A stretch of 64,000 nt of DNA from NCBI RefSeq assembly GCF_009914755.1, contig NC_060944.1. One strand, written 5' to 3'. The notes under the pieces were generated by a model, which made no database searches, was not told the origin of the DNA, and saw nothing but the letters and a program-made list of their open reading frames with translations. Numbering within the stretch: position 1 is the first letter of the stretch; every line of letters starts with the position of its first letter. Below are positions 55,576 to 64,000 of this stretch, in pieces. The stretch comes from the human T2T-CHM13v2.0 reference genome, Homo sapiens. The position numbers were made by a program, and so were the translations under genes.

Positions 55576-57272
55576 AAGAAATTGAAATATGGTCCCTTCA
55601 ATAGAGGCCTTGGGATATTTTCTAGACACAACCCACAGTCTTCTTCAGGAATTAACTTAGCACTTGTGGCCATCATATCCTCTTCCCCTTAGTTTTCCTA
55701 GTAATATGTGGTTTGTTTACATATTTTACCCAGATTTAATAAAGATATTCAATCATAACAGTGTTTTTTAAAGTCAATCTGTGTGCAATTTTAATTAGGA
55801 TTTGCATCAGGCTGGGCAAAGCTTTGAGAGGGAGAGGAAACTGAGAGCTGGGCATTCATAGGGTGGGGGTAGCAGGGAGGGCGGGGGGCCAGTTACTGAT
55901 AACTTCCCTGCCATACACAGACTGTGGAGGACAACAGACACGTGTCCGCATTCCGAAAAACAGAGGAGCTGGGAAGTTGGGAGTCCCATTTGGCTGGTTG
56001 GCTCAAGTCTCCATTAGCTGGGGTTTCTGGAATTTTCCCTCACTGCAGCTTTGATGGTGGGGGTCTGCACACCCCACCCCATTAACAACAAGAAAGACCC
56101 CGAGTCTCAGGCTCCCATCCACCCCTGGCCTGAGGAGTCACGCCCTCGGAATTTTGCTTTTAGACTTTTACTGGGCCCAGGGTGGGTTATGAACAGAAGC
56201 AGAATGGCTACTGCCCAGCAAGGCGTGTGCTGTTCCACTCAGCTTTGACCACCCAGGATCAAGTGAATTAGCACAGTGCCTGACAAATCCTGAGGGTAGC
56301 TATTATGAATATGACCATGTTGTGTTTCCTCTCCTGTTTTCAGTTTTTGGGAGATCAGAAACTCGGCTTACCTTTGTATTCTAAGGGCCTAGAAAATTTT
56401 TGTCCTATAATTGTGGCTCAGTAAACATGTTTGTTGATTTCCTCATGAGTGAGATACTCAACAGAGCCCTCTGTAAACAGGAAAATATTTACATCATTGG
56501 GAATGCACTTGGCTGCAGTTTCAGAACACCTGACTAGCTCCGTCTTGTGCTCTTTTTAGACAGCACCTTGTCTCATTTGAACAAGACATCTGGAGCCTGG
56601 AGATCCCAGGGCTGATATGGCAACAGTGCGATGCCCCCCATGGATATGGGGTCGTTCCATGTTTCTTCCCTGCCTTCCTCAGCATGTTAACCTTTCAGCT
56701 TCACATCCGCATCCTCATGGTCACAAGATGGCTGACAAGCTCCAGCTCTCCCATCCCTAGAAAGGTAAAAGAATCAGGGTTAAAAAGCTCTGTCATGAGA
56801 TTTTGTCAATTTTTATTTCAAAGTGGGCAACCGCCCAACATACTTCTCTTTACACCTCATTAGCCAGAACAGATTCACATGGCAACTCCTGCACCAGTCA
56901 CTGGCAAAAGGAAAGGGTGAACCATGGTGGTTTTAAGCCAGATTAATCCTCTGTGACTGAAGACAGGCTAGCTTCTCTGAGATTTTGAGATCCCCATCTC
57001 TTTTCTTGACACAAAATTGGGGATCTCTGTGCAGAGAAGAAGCAGGAGGTGATGGCTGTTTTGTAGACCACCAAGAATGTCAATGACTACTATGACTGCT
57101 GTAATTGTCGCTAGAAGATCTTACTAACCCTATGGAAATTTCACCCCCTTATGATCAGCTCTACTGTAATAAAGTGGATGATGGTAGGACCAGGAGCAGT
57201 AGAAGACCTGGGGTATAGTCCTGGCTCTCCCCAGGCTGCAACACAGACGATGGCATTTCTAGAATGTGCTCT

Positions 57273-57986
57273 TGATACAGAAAGGCTGGATTCCCAGCTA
57301 AACCTTACCCTTAAGCCTGGAATCATGGCCCTAAGTGAAAACAGCTGACCTCCTTTTTCCCCCCAAATGTTGCCTTTTTTACCTGCCCCGCCCCTATCCT
57401 GTGCCCATTAAAGACTTCAGCTGGCAAAGCAACGCAAATGGCTGAGCGTCGAGGATAGAAGTGGCTGAACAGCGAGCAGAGAAGCAACTGAGCATCGGAG
57501 GTTGGAGATAGATGCAGCTAACTTCAGATACTGTGGTTTTAGAGAGGGGCCTGGCCAGAGACGGCTGGGTTCCAGGGACAGACCACCTTCCCATCCCCTT
57601 TCCAGCCTCCCTTTCCACTGAGAGCTGCTCGCTGCTCAATAAAGTCTTCTACATTCATCACCCTTCAAACAGTTCATGTGACCTGGTTCTTCCTGGTTCG
57701 TCGGACAAGAACCCGGGTGCCAAGAGGGCAAGGGCTGTCACCCTGACCCTCCACTGAGTCGGTTGGTACTTGGCCATCCCTGGACAGCAGAGCTGAAAGA
57801 GCATGGGTTGTAACACGCTTGGACTCTACTGCGGGGTCTGCACAGAGTCTGCTCCCGCCAGAGAGGAGCAGCCGGACGGTTCCAGCATGAAGAGTGGCCA
57901 GCAATAAGCTGAGTAAAACAAGCTGCTCCAGTTCCCGCCTGCGAAGGGAAGAGGTAGGGACTATCCCATCTCACTATCCCATCTTG
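57273..57986 (+). mobile_element. ERV1 solo LTR of the LTR1/LTR27/LTR28/MER50 group
   Basis: tgatacagaaagg start, cccgcccctatcctgtgccc, caataaa, duplicated terminal ctatcccatct; CTCT on both flanks. Confidence 0.7.
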
Positions 57987-59965
57987 CTCTCACTTATAAA
58001 ATAGGTAGATGGTGTGTAGGCCAGAAGAGGCCCACCTTCTCAGGGGCTTGTGGAAACATAAGGTGATGTTTTTGTTGTCACAATAGCTGAAAGGCACTGC
58101 TGGCATTCCAGGGGACGGGATCAAGGACATTAAGTCTCTTGCAATGCTTTCAAATGCCAGTAGCACCTGCTGATGCTCTCTGACATTTATTTCAGCTCAG
58201 AAAGCCTCCCCCATTCCTCCTTCCTCCCCATCCCTCCTTCCTCTGTGGTCCCAGCTTACACCAGTCATCGCCAGCCACTTGCCCAGCTAGGCTCCTGCGG
58301 CAGTCAAAACCCCATCCTCATGCCTAGGAACCTGCTGAGACTTACCAGAGGCCACCAGGACCGAGAGGAGCTGTGGGTATTCTCAGGCAGATGAAGGCAA
58401 TGTCGCGCCATATCCCAGCCTGTGCCCACCCTCTCTGCTGCTGGACTCAGCTCCTGGCGCAGCAGTCACTGGGGTGTTCCCAGCATCTGCCTGGACTGTT
58501 CAAGGGCTGCAGCACCCAGTTCCGAGCTAGGGCTCATAATTCAGGTCTACAGAGGTGGAAATTCAGTCCTCTGCCTCTCCTTGCTTCTTTCTGCTTCCAG
58601 GACACTGGGCACATTCTTACTTACGAACTTTCCTCCAAGGTGTGATCATGTAGAAGTTGATCATTTATTCATGAGAGCAGATTTTTAGACATGAAATTTC
58701 AAAATCACATTTAAGACATATTGCAGATAAGGTCTGCCATTTCCTAGTGTTTGCAGAGGCGGCAGGATGATCTTCAAGTACCTAGCTGGGTGTGGAGGGA
58801 GGGCGATGCCCCAGTGCAGACCAGAACTAGGGGATTCAGCATCCACCAGCATTGGAGCACCGTGAGCCTCAGTTCCTGACCAGTGTTCTGGCTGGTCATG
58901 ACTGTGCTGTGTGGATATTTGAACATTGTCCCTGCAGACATCTCCGTGTATTTCAGGGTGTACAGGTGAAACTGTGTACTAGTCCCCACCCCCAGTGCTT
59001 TCACCTGGCATTACTCAACCCTGCCTGAGATGGTGAGTGTGATCTGGGGGAGGGGGTTGCTGGGCATTTTCACCTTGTCCCACCAGGTCCACCCACCCTT
59101 CCTCCCTCCCGCTCTCTGTCCTGGGAGGCTGATACATATGTACCACAGCATGGCCCTTGTGGCCTCTGGCTTCTGGGTGTGGCTGCTGGGGGCTTTGCAG
59201 GCGGCTGCGGGAGGGCAGGGAGTTGACATCACAGACTGTGCCTGTGGGGTAAACATGGCCTGGCTATGTCCCTTGACTAGAGACCCCAGCTGCCTCCCAG
59301 GCCACGTTCTCCACTTGACTCTCCTCTCCCAGCCTATATCACCTACCCCTTCCGGGGATCCTTTGGACCCAAGCGAGCAACAGCCCCTACCTCTCCAATT
59401 CCTGGTCCCAGGCGCTTGCACTCTCCCTCCTGCTGAGCCCCTTACCACTCGCTAAGCAATCCCCATGGGCACATGCCCTCCACTTCCAGCTGGAGTCCTG
59501 GCACAAAGGGGAGTTCGATACCGACTGAGACTGAGTGTCCACCACAGAGGCAAATGGGGACCTAAAATGAAAATTCAGTTGAGTTACAGAAAAACTGAGG
59601 AGCGGTGTTTCTAACCGGCCTGGGCTTTTGGGTTGGATTCACGCCCACTGCAGCAGTGTGGACATTGTAGACGCTCTGAAGACCAGCATCCATTCCTTTA
59701 CTTGGAGCACATCTAGTGGGCAACCTGACAGCGCCTTGTCATCTCCTGGGAAGCTTTAAAAATGCTGATGCCTGGGCCCCACTGCAGAGAGTGTGGGGTG
59801 CAGCCTGGATGTGGGATCAGGGGCCCCCAAGTGGTGCTAAGGAGCATCCAGGGCTGAGCCCACCAAGCCAAACGCTGGGGCTCTAGAGGCAAACACAGCC
59901 TGTCCTGTGCTTAAGGACCCCACATTCTGAGAAGGGAGGCCAAGAAGTTACTCACTGAAACATAA

Positions 59966-60597
59966 TGTTACCAGAAAGGGGTCCCAATGCCCCAGGAGAG
60001 GGTCCGTGGACCTCATGCAAGAAAGAATTTGGGGCCAGTCCATAGAATAAAGCAAAAGCAAGTTTATTAAGAAAGTAAAGAAATAAAAGAAGGGCTACTC
60101 CATAGGCAGAGCTGTGACATGGGCTGCTGGGCTGAGTATACTCATAGTTATTTCTTGATCATCTGTTAAACAAGGCGGTGGGTTATTCATGAGTTTTCTG
60201 GGAAAGGGGTGGAGATTTCCTGGAACTGAGGGTTCCTCCCCTTTTTAGACTATATAGGGTAACTTCTGGACATTGCCATGGCATTTGTAAGCTGTCATGG
60301 TGCTGGTAGGAGTGTCTTTTAGCATGCTAATGCATTATAATTAGCGTATAATGAGCAATGAGGACAACCAGAGGTCACTTCCATCCCCATCTTGGATTTG
60401 GCAGGTTTGGGCTGGCTTCTTTACCACATCCTGTTTTATCAGTGCAATCTCTGTGACCTATGTCTTGTGCCAACCTTCTATCTTATCCTGTAACTAAGAA
60501 TGCATACACTCCTAGGAATGCAGCCCAGTAGGTCTCAGCCTTATTTTACCCAGCCCCTATTCAAGATGGAGTTGCTCTGGTTCAAGTGCCTCTGACA
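59966..60597 (-). mobile_element. MER41B-like solo LTR
   Basis: tgttaccagaaaggggtccc...cccctattcaagatggagttgctctggttcaagtgcctctgaca. Confidence 0.9.
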
Positions 60598-61145
60598 ATC
60601 ATGGGGCAGGTGTCCAAGTGGAAGGGCGCTCTGGGGGCTCTGAGAGCCCTGAGAGGCGCTGGCCCTGTGACATGGAGAATGGGTTGGGCAACACTTCTTG
60701 GAAGTAACAGCGTCAAGCCCTGTAAGCCAGGTGAAAGAGGGAATGGAGAAAGGCACTTCAGTTAAAGGGGGCAGGAAAGGCAGAGTTCCCCAGGGGTGGG
60801 TGAGAACTTTCTGGAGTGTCCGTAGACTCTGCTTAAAATCCTGCTGGGTCTTCCCAGAGTACTTAGAAGAAAAAAAAATTCCCAGCCACAGACAGCCATG
60901 GCGTGGCCATTGCCCACCTCCAGACCTCCTCCCCAGCCACAGAGCTCCACCATGCACAGCTTGTGTGTGTTAAACACATCCAAGCCTCAGGGCCTTTGCA
61001 CCTGCTATTCTCTCTGCCTAGAGTGCAGTCCCTTCCTGCACCCCCACCTTACTCCAGTTAATTTTCAACATTCAGACTGATCTCGGTGTCTTCCCTCACT
61101 GAGGGACATCACCCCACCACCTCACCACTAAACTCCTCCCCAATC

Positions 61146-61315
61146 TGTTTTTTTTAAGTTTTGAGACAAAATCTCACTCTGTCACCCAGGCTGGAGAGCA
61201 GTGGTGCAATCTTGGCTCACTGTAACCTACGCCTCCCAGGTTTAAGCAATTCTAATGCCTCAGCCTCCTGAGTAGCTGGGACTACAGGTGCACCCCATCA
61301 TGGCTGGCTAATTTT
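61146..61315 (-). mobile_element. Alu right arm only
   Basis: gagacaaaatctcactctgtcacccaggctgg...ggctaatttt, then non-Alu; ctccc(c)caatctg on both sides. Confidence 0.9.
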
Positions 61316-62025
61316 CCTCCCCAATCTGAAAGTGCCTGCCCACCACCCCCACCCTGTTACCGTTGGCCACATCTCCTTGGTTATGTCCTTCAGAGCATGA
61401 ATGTCTCATAATGCAAATTTACGCTTCTCAAAACAAAAGAGCATCCAGGGAGCATCTCCCTAATCCAAAGGGATGCTTTGTGAAGGTGAGTTTTGAACTG
61501 TGTGGCCTTGTCAGGGGCATTCTGAGGGCCTGAGAGGTCTTCTGCAGCACCCCCTGAGGGTCTCTGGTCATTGTGAGGCTGCTCTTTACTGGACAGCAGA
61601 TCGTATGATATGACAAAGAGGAATTTTGTTTTTTTAACAATGTGCAGTGACAGGTTTATCTAGTGAGTAAAATAAAGGCCATGTTTTGCACTTGACTTTG
61701 TCATTGTTCCAATTCATGGTTGTTTGGCTGCCAGTGAAAGAAATCTAAACAATGGCTAAGACAATGAGAGTTTCACTTGTCTTACAAAAGGGAAATCTGC
61801 AGTCAGCATCCAGAGGTGGTATGTAGGCTCCATGTTGCCAAGAGGAAGATGGGTGCCTGCTCTTGTTCTACTCAGCCTCGTTATGGGCATGTTCCTCATG
61901 AGCATAGGTGGCTGCTGGTGCACATGCAGCTGACTCTGGCCCCTTCACTTGGCAACACTCACTTACGTCTCCTTGGTCACCTGCTTTGACTTCAAAGATG
62001 GCAAGGCTTTTTACAAGCATGCTAC

Positions 62026-62742
62026 TGAAACCACCTTTGCAAAAATTGAGACAGTGAGAAAATTTTGACAGTGAAGAGATCTGACCTAACCAACCTCATT
62101 GTGCCTTTAACCTCCAAACTGCCCTTGGTCATTCCTGGGTGTGGGACGAGCTAACTTTGGGAGAAATTCAGTTTGTAGTTTAACCTTAAAACCAGGATGA
62201 TAATAGCCCTTTCTCAAAACTAAATCATCAGGTTAGGATTATGAGAGGGGCCTGAATCTGCTGAGATGTAAGCATAGTTAAAGGATACCCACCTTTGTTC
62301 CAGAGGTCACAAGATTCATAACTTCCCCAATTACTCCTGCAGATAACATGACTATTGTAGAATCTAAGATTGACCTTTTGAGACGTCTTTTCAGACTTTT
62401 GCATTTCTGAAGACCGGATGACTCTGCCTGGACCCGAGACTTGTGACCCACTGGGTCCTGTGGCCCCACCCACAAGCAAACTCAACACACCAGGACCATT
62501 TCCCACACCCCTATGATTGCATCCCCAACCAATCAGCAGCACCCATTCCCTAACCCTCTTCCCACAAACTATCCTTGAAAATCCCTAAGCCCTGAATTTG
62601 CAGGGAGGCTGATGTGGGTCATAATACAACTCCAGTCTCAGCTGGCTCTGCATGAATTAAACATTCGCTATTACCATTCTCCTGTCTTGATAAATCAGCT
62701 CTATCTGGGCAGCCAGCAAGATGAGCCTGTCGGGTGGTTACA
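62026..62742 (+). mobile_element. LTR8-family solo LTR (LTR8A-like)
   Basis: tgaaaccacctttgcaaaaatt...cgggtggttaca; TSD CTAC at 62022-62025 and 62743-62746. Confidence 0.9.
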
Positions 62743-64000
62743 CTACTTAGATTTAAATATCAACATATTCAGCTAAAAGAGTTGAAAGCAATTGCCCGAG
62801 TGTGGAAAAAAGGGGGGGAGGGCAAAGAGAGTGAGAAAATGCTTTTTTAGTAAGAAACCTTATAGAAGTATTTGCTAATCTGTTTGTACATCCCTTGGAT
62901 TAAATAAATAGAAAAAAAAAAAAGATTGAAGTCATCTGTGAAGTGGCTCTGCAGCCAGTCTTGTCCCTTCCTCCTAGGGGATGGGCAGCAGCTCAGATCC
63001 AGGGCCCTCTTCTCCATCTTCCTCCCCCTCCTCCCTCCTCATACACAGTCTGACTGCAGCTTCCCAGCTGGAGCAGAAAGCAAAAGAGAAGTGATTGTAC
63101 CTAATCACCTAGGTCATTTTCTCAGAAATTGCTTTCTTTTTCACCTTTTTTCATGAGGAACAAAAAGGAACAGGAGAGGCAGCCCAATTGCTGTTCCTGT
63201 GAGCTCCGGCTCTCCGCAGGGGGCTGGCCTGAAAGGGCAAATGCCTTTGGAGCAGGCTTCAATCTTCTCTCCCTCTGGAGAGAAGCCTGCCTCAATGCTA
63301 CTCTACAAAATGAAATGGCCACTTGTGGGGAGGCAGGCAAGTCCGGGCAAAATGCTTTTCACATAAGCATGAGAGAGAAAGAGAGAGCGAGCAAGAGCGC
63401 GCACAGCTGCTAACCCGGGTGAGAAGCCCAGATCAACTTCCATTAACTCCTGTGGCTCCAAGTCTTTGAAAGTGTGTCCAAGCTGGACTCACATGGTGAT
63501 GCCAAAAGTTGACTCTGAGGACTGGAGTTTGAGCCCAGCTTGGGTCTAACTTGCTGTGCAGTCAGGGAAAAGTCATGTAACCTCTCTGGACGTCATTTCT
63601 GCATCTGTCGAAGGAGGTGGAAGGATTTCTACTCTGAACGCTGAAAGGGGCAATAGGAAAAGAAAATGAAACCATCGTAATCCCCCCATTTGTAAATTTT
63701 GTTAGGGGATATTTGCAACATTTTCTTGGGCTTTATGTCTCAGACAAATGTTCCTTATGTTAGCTCTTAAATAAGGCTGATGTGCTATAATCGTTTCCTT
63801 CTTGTCAGTGGTGTACATGGGAGTGATAACTGTGTAACTGAGCATGGTGGCTACTGCTTGGGGAAGGAGGGACATGCACTTGGAGGCAGGTACTCCAAGG
63901 GTTTGGCAGCACACACGCAGAGGGCTTCAACCCTCTCCTCATGTCTGGAAGCTAGAAACATGGATATTCATGGTAATATTTTTCATGCCTTTTGTATGTC

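Noticed and set aside
59511-59523. Isolated B-box-like gagttcgatacc (possible tRNA)
   Set aside because: No A-box or cloverleaf pairing nearby
63315-63335. CTCF-like tggccacttgtggggagg
   Set aside because: Several mismatches in the core; not supportable without ChIP data

Overview
Primate, human-like, non-coding DNA dense in interspersed repeats (Alu J/S/Y, L1M/L1MA, L2, MIR, MaLR and ERV1 solo LTRs, DNA-transposon MITEs). I see no credible protein-coding exon, tRNA, rRNA or CRISPR; the listed ORFs are chance frames, mostly inside repeats. The dominant unexplained structure is a ~6.3-kb C-rich tandem array at ~41303-47563. Diverged ~53-bp monomers flank a homogeneous core of alternating 49-bp A/B units (98-bp dimer, locally a 193-bp tetramer), and the array contains two inverted blocks. 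It starts exactly at a 3' splice-site-like AG, ~450 bp downstream of a consensus donor, and ends just before a double AATAAA, so it may be the terminal exon of a repeat-scaffold lncRNA (inference). Around it are traces of local templated copying: a MADE1 that captured a piece of the array monomer, two Alus carrying copies of nearby sequence, and a 33.9-34.4 kb segment reappearing in shuffled form at 49.1-49.3 and 52.9 kb. Repeat subfamily names are recognised from memory and need Dfam/RepeatMasker confirmation. Many old L2/MIR/MLT fragments are listed only coarsely or omitted.
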